From: the human T2T-CHM13v2.0 reference genome, Homo sapiens
DNA length: 64,000 nucleotides
NCBI RefSeq assembly: GCF_009914755.1
Contig: NC_060929.1
Direction: 5' to 3' (one strand)
Positions 28,221 to 40,773 of the stretch are shown piece after piece. The position numbers and the translations under genes were made by a program. How positions within the stretch are numbered: position 1 is the stretch's first letter; each line of letters begins with the position of its first letter. The notes beneath the pieces were generated by a model. The model was not told where the DNA came from and did no database searches. It worked only from the letters and a program-made list of their open reading frames with translations.

Positions 28221-29231
28221 GGCCACTGCGTTTCCCACCAGAAGATCTCAGTTTATTTTCTAAACATCTCTGGATTCCAGCTGTTTCAACATTTGATTTA
28301 AGATTTTCACATCTCAATTTAGAGGACTTTGGCCTGTCATCTGCCTTTCATGGAACGTCTCACACTGTCATCGGTATCAAGATCTCCCGATATGACCAAG
28401 GAAATGCTGTTGCGTTTCTTCTGGGTCTATTCTATGCAAGTGTGTATAAAATTGGCCTTGGAAACAGTACATTTTTCTAAACAGAGGAAAATATTTAAGG
28501 CAGAAAGCTTGATAGCAGAATCAAAAATACAAACTGAGTCATAAAACTCTAAAACCAATTTGTAAATCTCTAGACAAACTGGAGGTGGGGGAAAAATACA
28601 TAAATCAGGAAAACATTTAAGTACAAGTGGCCCATCTGAAGAAACTGCAGTGAGAAGATGGAAATGAACCTACCTTCACCTTCACCACAGCAGCAGAGGC
28701 TGCCTCCCATTTTGGTGAGCAGTCTAGCTGGCAGTTCCAACACAGCGGCAGTTGAAACACAGCCAGCGACAGTTGAAACACAGTGGCAGTTGGGGTGGAA
28801 GACAGGATACGCATCATCACAGGACCTCAGCGACAGGTCATCAGAGAATGTTCAAATGAACACAGGAACACGTGCCACACTCTGGGGTCCAACTGCCGCT
28901 CTCTAGACCAGTGCACTTTCACAAGGACAAGGGGCCACTCAGAGTTCATTTCAAAATCAAAATCTGAATCCCACACCCACAGTACTATTCTCTGTGTATG
29001 AAATAAACGTTAAATGAGGAAAGAAGACCTGCCTTCCAAATATATTTGATAGTGAAAACTTCAGGGTGAAGAGGGTCAAAACTAACACATTCAGAATAAA
29101 ATGAGGTTCCTTCCTTGACTTGAAATACTATCCCCATCCCTCTTACTATTCCTGAGTCATCAGCAATTTCCATATTCAACAATTTTAAATTTATTCCAGA
29201 TGAAAGTTTAAAATGCCTTAGTATAAATTCA

Positions 29232-29536
29232 ATTTTTTTTTTTTTTTTTTTTTTGAGACCAGAGTCTCGCTCTGTCACCCAGGCTGGAGTCCAGTGGTGC
29301 GATCTTGGCTCACTGCAACCTCCGCCCCCCGGATTCAAGTGATTCTGCTGCCTCAGCCTCCCGAGTAGCTGGAACTACAGGCATGCACCAACACGCCCAG
29401 CTAATTTTTGTACGTTTAGTAGAGATGGGGTTTCACCGTGTTGGCCAAGCTGGTCTTGAACTCTTGACCTCAGGTGATCCACCCACCTTGGCTTCCCAAA
29501 ATGCTGGGATTACAGGAGGGAGCCACTGGGCCCAGC
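29232..29536 (-). mobile_element. Alu (S-like)
   Basis: Antisense dimer; TSD taaattcaattttt. Confidence 0.92.
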
Positions 29537-30259
29537 CTAAATTCAATTTTTAAAAGTCGATCTCTAAGAATATAACTCATAGTAATTGTATAAAATATCT
29601 TATCACCTATCTATATTATCTACTGTTTTTCTCTGTATGTAACTAAGTTGCAGACTTACTAATTTCCGAATCTCTCTGAGTTCTTGAGAGATTTCTCTGT
29701 GAAAGTATACATGAAAGATTGTCTATTCACTCACCTGGAGATGAAGAAAAAAGAAGCATTGTATGTTCAACATACAATGATGATTTTCTAAAATATAAAG
29801 GATGATTTTCTAAGTGGGGAGTTCTGATAACCTCAAACTCCAGGATTCAATGTGTTCGACTCATCAATCAACACCCAGTCATAGCCATTCTTATCTCGTC
29901 ATGAGAATTAGCACTTGGAAGGCAACTGACAAGGTCCCCAAAAGACACAACAACTGAAAATTAGAGAATAAAAACGAGAGAGTTACCATGTTTAAGACAA
30001 AGTGGATACCCATTAAGATATGAAATGGCTCAGTGAAAATTTCCATCACCACAGATTCATCACAAGCTTTAAGAACTATCAAATCAAATGGGCACTGATG
30101 AGGTATAAAAACTGCATTAATACAGACCTTGCCAATTTTTCAGGGATTACCTAATTGAGAAGGTGACAGACAGGATTTGGGAAGGAGTAAGTAATATTAC
30201 CTGTCTAAATGGAGAATTGTAATTGTTAACTGAACAGAAAAATGTGTGTTTGTTTACAC

Positions 30260-30332
30260 ATAATATACATATACTTGCATATATACATACATACATATAC
30301 ATGTATATGCATATATATATATATATATGCAT
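30260..30332. repeat. (TA)n/(TACA)n microsatellite
   Basis: Direct inspection. Confidence 0.85.
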
Positions 30333-31606
30333 GAGACAGAGAAAGAGACAGTGGTGAGACTTAAGGAAAAACTGGAAAACAGATTCACATCTCCAATGCA
30401 AATTGGGGAAGAAATTGTTTTAAAAAATACAGAATACAGTAAAAAAATAAAACCATCTCACTGGAGGAACAGCATTGTAAAGCTACTTTTAAAAACGCAG
30501 CTCATTTATAGGGAACAGTTAAAAAGAGCAAACGGCTTTCCTTCCTGCTGCCACCTGAGTGTTTACAGGGAATGAAAACTAAATGGCTCTTTCACATTGG
30601 TAGGCAAAGCCCTTAGAAAGCTTTGTCACAGTGTCAGCGCTATATGATTGTTCAATTAATAAATCTGGAAAAATGTACAAAAACTAAACAGCCATTTCTT
30701 CCAGAGGCAGGAGCTGGCAGGCTGCAGAAGAGGGAAAGGAGGAAACGCAGACTTCAGTGTGTCTTCTTCTGTACCTTGTGAATGTGCTGCAAGTGTGTTA
30801 TTCCTGGTGCGTTTATTGTGACTTTATTAAAAACATATAGATACCCCAAAATGCTGGTGTAAAACAACCATTTTCTTTTGTTGACGCTTCACGGGGATAG
30901 GAATTCACGCAAAACACAGAAAAGATATCTTCTCGCTACGTGTTGATGTCTGGGGCCTGCAGAGAAGGCTCACCGGCTGGGGCTGAATCCACAGCAAGGG
31001 GTTGGGATCATCCAGAGGGGGACATCACTCCCGGGCCTGCCGGGGTCATCGGGCTCGGCTGGAGGACCTACAGGAAACTCTCTGGTGTCCGGGGCTTCCA
31101 AGCAGTGGGGCAGTCTCAGGATATTCAGAGCCTTGACTGAGCGGCCAAGGGCGCCACAGGTGAGTGACTGGAGTAAACCAGAAAGAGACTCGTGGCCTTT
31201 TCAAACATAGCTTGGGAAGTTTCTCAGCATCCCCTCCACATCACCTGGCAGTGACAAGTGAGCACTAGTGCCTGGCCTCATGAGAAGAGGCATAGACGCC
31301 CACCTCTCAAAGAGGAGAATAGCAGAGAAATTGCAAACATGTTTAAAAAGCCACATGCAAATTCCTGTTTGAAAACCTCCAGCACAGAGATACCTCTCAA
31401 ACATGAGATAAAAGACCTGCCGCTGTATGACCCAGGTCAAGGGTAAGACACCTGTGTGTTTTCCTGCTGCTTCAGCCACTGTGGGTTGACTGTCAAGTAA
31501 ACACACACATTCAGGGAAATTAACCAGAGGGTTATGGAGTAACAGGGTAATGAAAGCTAACGTAGACCTGAAATGCTGCTCTACAAAGGAAGCATTTCAT
31601 TCACTC

Positions 31607-32550
31607 TGTTAACTTAAAAAAAATCACAACATTTATACATTCAGAAAACAAGAGGAGACTCTTTTTCTTCACTTCATTTTAGGTTCAGGGGCTTCATGTG
31701 CAGGTTGTTACATGGGTACATCGTGTCGCTGAGGCCTGGTATAAGACCTAATTAAACCAAGGAGCTTCTGCCACAACCAGAGACTTGATTTCTTATGAAA
31801 GTTTATAGCCCGCAAGGTGGCCATCCTGCAGGCTGGGAAGCGTGCCTCCTGCCAAGGCCAGAGCCTGGCACATGGAAGGAGGGGGAGTTGGGACAGGAGC
31901 TTTACGCTGCACAGGCTGGCTGAATAGAAACCTTCGACAGGTTACAGGAGGAGCTGTGAATATTCACGAGGATGGTCCTGATGCATGCATACCAAACAAA
32001 CATACATGTAACATAGGACCCATGTTCACCATGGGGTGGAGACATAACATTTAAATGTATTACAATTAGGCCCTATCCTCAAAAGGTCTTTTCAGGACAC
32101 AAAGGCACACAAGTGCACAGCCTCTGTAAACCGGCCAGAGCCAGCCCATGGCGAGTGATCTCTTCCCGCGAGAGAGTTACTGAAATCGGTCTCCCGTCCA
32201 GTTGGAGCTCTAGTTATGGCTGGTGGAACAGGGCTTGGGGGCCAGTTACTCAGTGTCTGGTGGTGTGCTATAACTGTTAATAGTGCTTATTTAGCTGCTA
32301 GAGGAAAAGAAACCCTGTGGCAGTCGGAACAGTTTATTCCTTGTTTAGGGGTGTGTGACTCAACCCCTGCCTGGCATGGCTGCAGGTGCTGTTTACACGT
32401 TGGTACCTTACTGCCACAGAATCTGTTCTGTCCATCTTGTGACCTCTATTGGAACATGTATGCTGGACACTGGCTGTGTCTAAACATAAAAGGAAGGGGC
32501 AGAACGAGGCATCAGGTCGCCCATCCGCCATGGCCTGATGCCCTGCACTG
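31607..32550 (-). mobile_element. ERV1 MER4-group LTR with a small L1 insertion
   Basis: Recalled LTR motifs (gcaaggtggccatcctgcaggctgggaagc, ggagctgtgaatattcacgag, aacatttaaatgtattacaattaggcc); right boundary approximate. Confidence 0.65.
31661..31779 (-). mobile_element. Very short L1 3' end with an inverted piece
   Basis: Antisense L1 3' tip (ttttaggttcagggg...catgtgcaggttgttacatgggta) joined to opposite-orientation L1 text (gacctaattaaaccaaggagcttctgc); flanked by GAGACT. Confidence 0.6.
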
Positions 32551-33674
32551 AGCAAGGGTGGAGAGGTCTGGAGCAGGCTAGAGTGACAGGATGGTCCACA
32601 GGAGCCTCACTCTGGGAACAGCTGCCTCAGCTCATGGCTCCACGGTCCAGCTGCACTCATCTACAAGCCAGTGCTTCCATCTGGAAAACCTGACAGCCTG
32701 TCCTATTCCTAGTGCCCTGAGTTTAAGCATCTCTCTGCCAAACCATCAAGAAAACCCTGGGCTCTGCAGATGCATGAACAGCCTAGTGCATACACCAGGC
32801 ACTCAATAAATGCCAACGACAGCTACCTCCCTGGTGTCCAATGAGGACAACAGTCACCGTCATGGCAGTGCAGTCTCAGTTCTAGACTTAAATTCCTTCT
32901 TCCCAACATGTGGAGCAGGTGACCCAGTGTGGGGTGCAGGGCCTCTGCAGACACCTCTCCTCCTGGGCCCCCAGACAGGAGGGGGTGGCCTGGAGGAGCA
33001 GCAGGAGGAGGAGCAGAGATGGGAGTCAGCCCTGGCCTCGGAGGCGCCACCATCTCTGCCCACACAGGCACAGCCCTCTCTTCCTCGAGGTTCTTCCTCC
33101 AACACCCGGCCTGAGCCACCCACTGAAGAACACGGACATCCCTCTCCCCATTCTGTGCGGGGAAACGGAGGCGCAGCACTCGCATCTCACACTCATGGTG
33201 GAACTGTGACCGGGACCCAAGTCTCCTGACACCCCTACAACGACATGCAGCCCTCTGCCTGGGTGGGGAGGGGGTCCGGGCACAGCTGAGGTTTGGGGGA
33301 AGGAGGTCTTCTGGGAATGTTCCCGGGGTTCCCGAGGATGGTGGTGACTCAGTGCCCATGGGAGAAATCAGATGATCCCACGCCCTCCTCGAAATGGACG
33401 GGGGCTCAGGCACTGATGAAGATGCCTCTGGATGAAGCTACTTGATTGTTTCGGCAGAGAAATGCTTAAACTCAGGACACTAAAAATGGGACAGGCTGTT
33501 GGGTTTTCCAAATGTAGACAACGGGCAGAGGGCTCAAAGAGATGCCATTCCAATGAGAGGCAACTGGCCAGCAAGCCCAGGAAAAGGTGTCCAGCAGCAC
33601 TGTCACCAGGGAAAGGCAAGCCAGAGCCACAGGGGAGATGACGCCGTGCACCCACTGGATGGCCAGAGTTATCT

Positions 33675-34187
33675 GACTCAACCACTGTGGAAAACAGCAT
33701 GGCAGCTCCTCAAAAAACAAAATAATTACCCAGCAATTTCACACCTGGGGCCTAGGTACGTACCCAAGAGAACTGAGAGCAGAGACTCAGGTATTTGTAA
33801 CGGGAATGTCCCTGACAGCACTTTTCATAATCGCCAAAGGGTGGAAGGCACGCACATGTCTGTCCCCAGATGAACGGGTGATGGAACACTATTCACCCCT
33901 CTCAGGAACGGGGCCTGTTGCATGCCACAGTGTGGAGGAGCCCAGAAGACCTTATGCTGAGTGACAGAAGCCAGACAAAGGTCCAGGTGAAATGTCCCGA
34001 AGAGGCGAGGCCACAGAGACAGAACCCAGGGGCCGGGGGAGGGGGGAGCAGGGAGCAACTGTTTAATACGTATGGGGTTTCCTTTTGGGGCCATGGAAAT
34101 GTCTTGGAACTACACAGAGGCGATGCCTGTGCAAAGCTCTAACGGTGCTGAATGCCACAAATCTCCCACTTAAAAATGGATAACTTT
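33675..34187 (+). mobile_element. L1M 3' end fragment
   Basis: caaccactgtggaaaacagcatggcagctcctcaaaa...ccagcaatttcac...ttatgctgagtgacagaagccagaca. Confidence 0.75.
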
Positions 34188-34494
34188 GGGCCGGGCGCGG
34201 TGGCTCACGCCTGTAATCCCGGCACTTTGGGAGGTCGAGGCAGGTGGATCATGAGGTCACGAGATCGAGACCATCCTGGCTAACACGGTGAAACCCCGTC
34301 TCTACTAAAAATACAAAAAAACAAAAAATTAGCTGGGCGTGGTAGCAGGTGCCTGTAGTCCCAGCTACTCAGGAGGCTGAGGCAGGAGAACGGTGTGAAC
34401 CCGGGAGGCGGAGCTTGCAGTGAGCCGAGATTGCGCCACTGCACTCCAGCCTGGGCGACAGCGCGAGACTCCGTCTCAAAAAAAAAAAAAAAAA
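34188..34494 (+). mobile_element. AluY
   Basis: Full dimer, AluY diagnostics, poly-A tail. Confidence 0.93.
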
Positions 34495-35396
34495 GTAAAC
34501 CGTAATTATTTGCCACCCCAATTTCCCCTCCCTGCCCCCCAGCTGCTGGGCCCACCACCAGCCCCTGCTGTGCGGCCAGGACAAGGGCAGAAGAGCCGTG
34601 TGCAGGAGCGTGTGCAGGCACACCCCTGAGCACCCCCAGCCCTGTGTCCTCTGTATTCCAAGCCTCCCTTGAGGTGAGAAGGGCTGTGTGACCGGATCCC
34701 ATGGAACACAGGCAAAGTGACAACGGCCCTTCCCAGGCCTCAAACCTCCTCAAGCCTCAGGCTCCTCGAGGCTCTGTGTTCTTCTGAGCACACGGCCGGG
34801 TACATGGGCTGGAGGTGCGGCCACCAGTCCCAGAGCCTGGAGGACATGCCAGGCTGTGCCACAAGCAGGACACGAGTGGACGGCATTAGCTCCCGAGACT
34901 GGGGGTGTTCCTGTCCCCAAATACAGTCTCACCTGCCCTCACAGGTACTGGTGGTCTGGAGGCTGGGCGAGCAAAGAAGATTCGAGCCCTTCCTGGGTCA
35001 CGACTTTTCAAAGCTCTGTGGGGCGTCCTGTGTGTGACCTGCCAGAGGAGTCTCCTGCAGAGATGACCTGGGGGCTGCCCACCGGTGCTGGGTCCCACAG
35101 CCAAGGCTGGCCTCTTGCCACGGAAGAGCAACGTGCCCACGTCACCAAGCGCCTGTGAGCCCCGTTTCCCCAGGTGAGGAGGGCCGGGCCCAGAGCCCCA
35201 CCTCTGCTCAGTGTCAGGCTGGAAGGGAGCTGGGGCTTCCCAGGGTGCAGCAGACACCCTACAGGCCACGGTGGAGGAGTGGGAGGGGGAGAAGACCAGA
35301 ACAAAACCACTGGCCCACCCAGGACCAGTTCCGTCTGCCAGGTCTGTGCCAGCTTCAGTGGCAACTAAAGTGTGAGGAAGAAACCCAGGAAGCCCT

Positions 35397-35570
35397 CCCC
35401 ACCCTCGCCCACCCCGGCTCATGCTGCACCCCCAGCTCCCCACCCTCGCCCACCCCGCCTCAGGCTGCACCCCCAGCTCCCCACCCTCGCCCACCCTGCA
35501 TCAAGCTGCACCCCCAGCTCCCCACCCTCGCCCACCCCGGCTCACGCTGCACCCCCAGATCCCCACCCTC
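35397..35570. repeat. 41-bp minisatellite, about 4.3 copies
   Basis: Unit ccccaccctcgcccaccccggctcatgctgcacccccagct. Confidence 0.9.
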
Positions 35571-37039
35571 GGGTCCTGGCACCCGGAGTGCACATCTCCC
35601 CCAGCATCCCCCAGGTCATGACTTAAATTCTAGGCAACTACATTTTTTCTCTTTTAGGAACCCAAGGGTGAGAATTTTCTAGAGTCATGGAGACACAGGA
35701 GGGACCTGGAAGCGACTGGGATGGCCCCTGTCCTGCCTCCCCTGCCTCCTGCCCAGGGCCACACTGCCCCCCAGGTGCTTCCCTGGAACGCTGGGCTCTG
35801 CAGGACACAGACATCAGCAGCCCAGGGCACAGAGGAGCCCAGGGCCAGGACCGGAAGCACCACTGCCAGCACCCAAATCTGGGAAGCGGCTCTGGTGCCC
35901 CAGGATCTGGGCCTGCAGGGCTGCAGACATCTCCCGAGCTGGCCCCAGCTCCTCTGGTATCACTAGTGTCAGGGAGGAAAGCCTGAACCAGGTGGGTGCA
36001 CACCCGTCCAGGTGCACAGAGGACCTGTGGTGGTGACTGGGCTGCTGTAATTTGTGGAGCCATCCATGACGCAAAAGCCAACAGAGATGTTTGCTCAGAG
36101 CTAAATGCCAGTCCCTCCAAGACCCAGGGGAGGCTGAACTGCCGCCCTCGAGGTCCTGCCTGCACCGTCTCCCTGCCCCGGGCTCTCTAGGGGGCAGGAG
36201 CCAAGCAGAAAGCAGCTTCAGGAATAAGGACACCTCACTGCCTGCTCTTGCCCAACTCCCACCTTGTCCGGGGTGTCAGAGGGGACAGCTCAGGTATCCC
36301 TCCACAGGCCTCATGGCCTTCAGGCTCAGGGGCAGAGGGGAGAGGAGTCCCCGAGGCCCCCACAACCACACAGCCGTGACGCCAGAGCTCCACGGAGGCC
36401 CAGGGATGATCTCAGAGCCATTCCCAGGCCTGGGCCTCACCCTAGAGCTCCGGGAGGGAGGCCAAGGCTGGGAGAAAGGGCAGGACCACAGGGGCTGCCA
36501 AGTGTCCTTGAGCCTGGGTCAGGAGAGGGCCTATCCTCCAAGGTCCCCTGGGGAAAGTGGAGCCTGCCTCAGGGGGCACAGCATCACCTCCTCAACCCCA
36601 AGCCTGGCTGCCTTTCTGATGGAGGAGCCAGGTGGGCTCTGGGAGGCCTAGAACCTTCTCACCCCTCCCAGCCCCAAAGGGTGCAGTTACTGCATCACAG
36701 CCCCCAGGGGACCCCTGACCGCAACCTCTCTGAGTCACACTGACCGGCAGCCTCCCAGGGGCCGAAGACCCCCACCCCATGGAGCATGGCAGACAGCCCT
36801 GGCAGGCCCAGGTGCAGACACGCAGGGAGAGGTGGCCCCACTGTCGTGGTCCCCTACAGCCACCGCCGGGGTGCACTCCCTGTTTGGCAGCCACTGTCTA
36901 GTCCCCTGCGCCTGGCCACACACAGGTGGGGAAGAAATCATGACACAGGGTGTTGACTGCGGCCTCTCCCTGCCATGTGACAGCTCCCGAGGTCCCTGCG
37001 GCACTCTCCCCAATGCATCCTGATCTCACTATATTTGCA

Positions 37040-37440
37040 CCCCAAACCCTGGCACCCAGGCCCCACGCGGCACTCCCTGTCCTCAGCGCAGCGGTACCCC
37101 TGTCCGTGGACCCTCAGCCCATCAACCTTCACCCCGTCCTCAGCACAGCAGCACCCCTATCTCACGAAACCAAGCCCCCCACCCTGCACCCTGTTCTCAG
37201 CAAAGCAGCACCCCTGCCCCGACACCCATTCCCCCACCCTGACCCCTGAAAACGAGCCCCCGGCCCTGCACCCGCTGTCAGCACAGCAGCACCCCTGCCC
37301 TGAATCCCAGCCCCGCCACCCTGAACCCCATCCTCAGCACAGCACCATCCATGCCTTTTGACGCCCGGGCCACCCACCCTGCCCCACCCGTCCTCAGCAC
37401 AGCAGCACCCCTGTCCTCTGACACCCAGTCTCAAAACCCG
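37040..37440. repeat. Degenerate ~55-80-bp tandem repeat
   Basis: Core tcctcagcacagcagcacccct recurs near 37080, 37138, 37196, 37278, 37331 and 37391. Confidence 0.8.
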
Positions 37441-37899
37441 CACCGGTAAGTGTTGGCCCTGAGCCTCCCATGGCCCTGAAGGCCGTATCTTCAGGTGCTC
37501 TGTCCGCAGCAGCACGTAACTCCCAGGCTGCCCGGTGGGTTGAGGCCCACGGCAGCCTCACCAAGGGCTCCACCCCAGAAACGACAGGCTTTTAGATGTT
37601 TAAAGACCAGAGTGGCAAAAATGCAGGAGAGCAAAGGAGCCTTGCCTAAGAGACAGCTCCACTCCAGCAGCAGAGCTGGAGGAGGAATGAGGGAGGTAGA
37701 GCGCAGAAGGGAACTCAGGACTGGGCCATCTGCTGCAGAAACAGCAGGCCCAGGACAGTGGCGACTTCTGGGCTCCCCGGCCCTCTGCTCATGCTTGCTC
37801 AGAAAGGGCTGTCCTGTTTACTTCGGGAGGCGGCTTTGGCGGGAGGGGCAGCCACACTGGGACCTCCGGCTGTGGCTGGGTTCTGGGCACCAAGCCCGC

Positions 37900-38620
37900 T
37901 GCCAGGCCGGCGCCTGCTCCCGCAGACCTGCCATGCCAATGCTCTCCAAGCTGAGGCCGGGTGGCCTGCGACGCTCAGCCCGCTGCCCATCACAAGAAGA
38001 AAAGCGCTTATCAGGGCGCTGTGCGCACGGGGCCACCTTCGCGCTGGCCCGTGCGGGCACCCTCAGCCGGCGGGACTTTCACCTTTGCCGAGCAGCGGCG
38101 GCAGCACCGGATGTCTCCTTCGCCCCTGCGCACCGGGGTCGCGCAGAAAGGACGGTGGTTCTGACCGGCGGCTCTGCGGGGCGGGGTGCGGCGCTCAGCC
38201 CGGTCGCCCCATGCCTGCCCAGGGCTTGGTGGACCCGAGGGACACTGTGGGCATGGCACCTCTGGGCAGGGACTCCTGGGCAATCTGAGCTGCTGTACGC
38301 CCTGCTCTGGTCTCTGCCCGCCAGGCGAGCGCCGTGCGCGAGAGGAGCAGGCAGGGGAAGCACGCAGGCGGCATGTAGGAGAGGAGCGCGGACTGTGCAA
38401 GGGCAGGAGCGGGGCGGGGGCCAGGCAGGGGCAGGGGCAGGGGCAGGGGCAGGGGCAGGGGCAGGGGCAGGAGCGGGGAGCGGGCCAGGCAGGGATAGGA
38501 GCGGGTCGCCACAGGAGCGGGGCGCGGGTAAGAGCAAAGCCGGCCGGCAGAGGTGGGAGCAGGGCGTGGTGCTGGGAAGGCCACCACTAACCTGGGTCCG
38601 CTCGCCTTTGCACGCACAGC
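37900..38620. promoter_or_regulatory. CpG island A, candidate promoter/first exon
   Basis: Dense CpG and GC boxes; minus-strand donor AAG|GTGAAA at 38082; promoter activity is inferred. Confidence 0.65.
38425..38471 (+). repeat. (GGGGCA)n hexamer repeat, about 7 units
   Basis: Direct inspection; absent from copy B. Confidence 0.92.
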
Positions 38621-40773
38621 CCCTCCTTTCACCAGGTGCACCTGCCTGCAGTCCCTGTGCTTTGCCCTTTTTGCTGCACAAAGACAGCAGGGAAGCCGTG
38701 CAGGATGCAAGATCTGAGACTGCTAGGGTTGTGACCCGAGGACTCTGAGAACACCACCCTCCCCGCCAACCGCCCATCCCTACCCCAGCTCCAGGCTCCC
38801 CCAACCAGAGCGCATCCCCAGCCATTTCTCCTGAGGCAGAGGCTCGGTGGAGCTCAGCCTCTGTGGGGCTAGAGGCCAGAGGAAGGGAAGATATGGGCAG
38901 GGAAGGGGGCAGGAGAGCCTTTGTCAGCATCCAGGGCAGTGCAGAGGGTGGGGGTCCTGGAGGCCAGGCCTGGGAAAAATGTAACCAGGTTTGGAAAAAC
39001 AAGAATTAGGGAGGCGGGAGGCAGACGCGTTGGTCAACAGGCACCAGGTGGCGGAGGCAGTCCAGAGGGGTGAGGGGCAGGCCTGTCAATGTCAGGCCCC
39101 GAGCTGGTAAGTTTCAACTCCCTACTGTTCTCTGGGAGGTTTCCAGAGAAACTAACTCCAGTGAGACAAATGTAACTTTCTTTAAGACTGGGAGGATCAA
39201 TTTCTACATTTATTCAAAGAAGCAGTAAACATCTACAGGAGAATTTGGCTACTTTCCACCTCATTGGGGGAGTGTGGGGGGGGGCCTTCCCTCCTCTACA
39301 CAGGAAAGCACGGGGTGTGGGACTAGGAGAGCCAGCATGGAGCCCCAGAGAATCCAGTTTTCCCCCGAAGAAATGATGCCCAGCATCACATTCACCTCTA
39401 ACAAGGGGAAGCCATGGACCTGTCAGGGGGGTCCTGGGGTGAGGTAGGAGGTGGGTTCTGGGCTTCTGTGGGGAAAGTCCCTTTTCTTTCCACATCCTCC
39501 AGCTGCCTCTTGAGGTCTGGCCTGCACCCAGCCACAGACAGATGGAGGAAGGGAAGCCCATGGGGCCATGGGGTGGGAGGGCCCAGGAAGCTGGGCCTGG
39601 GGTGCCCCGGGGCCAGCCCCTCCTCTTTCTCCTGCATCCTGGCTGAGCTCAGGGCTGAATCAGTGATCTGCACATCACTGCAGATCTGAAAAAGTGAAGT
39701 CACCCTGGCAGGCAGGAGGAGGAGTTGCCAAGACGGGCTGGCTCAGACTTGGCCAACCGCTATGTCCAGAGCCGGCCTGCTGAGGGGTAGGTGGTGTGGG
39801 CAGCCAGCCCACGAGAGGTACCCTAAACCACTGGACCCTCTGCTGCCTGCCACCCACCCCCGCCAGGCTTTACAGAGCTGGAGTTGTCTCCCTTGGGTGC
39901 ATACAAGCCCCGTTTCTGTTGCTAGCAGCTACACAGTCTTCACACTCAGGCCTATGCCCAGGGAAGGGACATTGTAGGTAGGGAGGGGCTGAGGGGGACT
40001 TTTGGCAACAGACAAGCTCCTGTGACTGTCCCCTAGGAGAATGAAGAGAGAAGGGGGTGGGCCTGAATAGCACCCCCCCGCCCCCACCTCCCAGGAACCT
40101 CTCTGGCCACATCTTGGCTGCTGCACAGACTGGATGCCTGGCTCAGCTCTGTGACCACCTCAGGGCCCATCTGAGCCTGCACTCCTGCCTGGCATCCCAG
40201 GCACTTTTCCCTTCTCCCCATCCCCACCCTTGGAGGGCTTGAGTGGACACCTGACACCAGGGGGAGATATGGTCTTCTCCTGGGGAAAAGGTCTGGGGAG
40301 CCTCATGTGGGTGCACCCCTGTACACTTGCATACGTGCACACATGCATACACCTGTGTTCACATGTGTGGACACACATGCACACGGATGCACACCTTCCT
40401 CCACATGCACACCCAGGGACCTGACCAGAGGATCACCCAGTAGAGAACAGAGGTGAAGCCTGCGGCCTGATGGCCTCAGCAACTACAGGGAGAGGAGACA
40501 GCCCTGCCTGGGTGTGGGCTCAGGATCCAAAACATCAGGCAGCAAAAAGGAGCTCCTCACCCGCACAAGGGAAATGGGGCCACCCCGAGGTCCCACAAGG
40601 GGAGGTGGAGGCAGAGTGGGTTGCAAGGCAGGCCCTGGCCCTGGCTTCTCTCGGTTCCTCGGGTGAGGAGGGCCTGCAGGGGGCTCTGCCTCCCTTTCTT
40701 GCCTTCCCTTAGTCGACTCTCTCTGAGCCTCAGTTTCCCCAGCTGGAAACATCTCCATCTCAGAAGGAGGGGT

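Larger units (their letters stand above)
37350..39442 (+). repeat. Local duplication, copy A
   Basis: Colinear with 41339-44197 (e.g. ccaccccagaaacgacaggcttttagatgtttaaagaccag; gagacaaatgtaactttctttaag; atcacattcacctctaa). Confidence 0.92.

Noticed and set aside
32810-36900. Many overlapping 100-200-aa ORFs in GC-rich DNA
   Set aside because: Present in all frames, Pro/Gly/Arg-rich, no recognisable homology.
37495-38748. 417-aa plus-strand ORF and the overlapping 307-aa minus-strand ORF (38079-39002)
   Set aside because: GC-rich CpG island with few stops, non-ATG start for the plus ORF, low-complexity GA/PA runs from the hexamer repeat, no recognisable domain, and not preserved in duplicate B.
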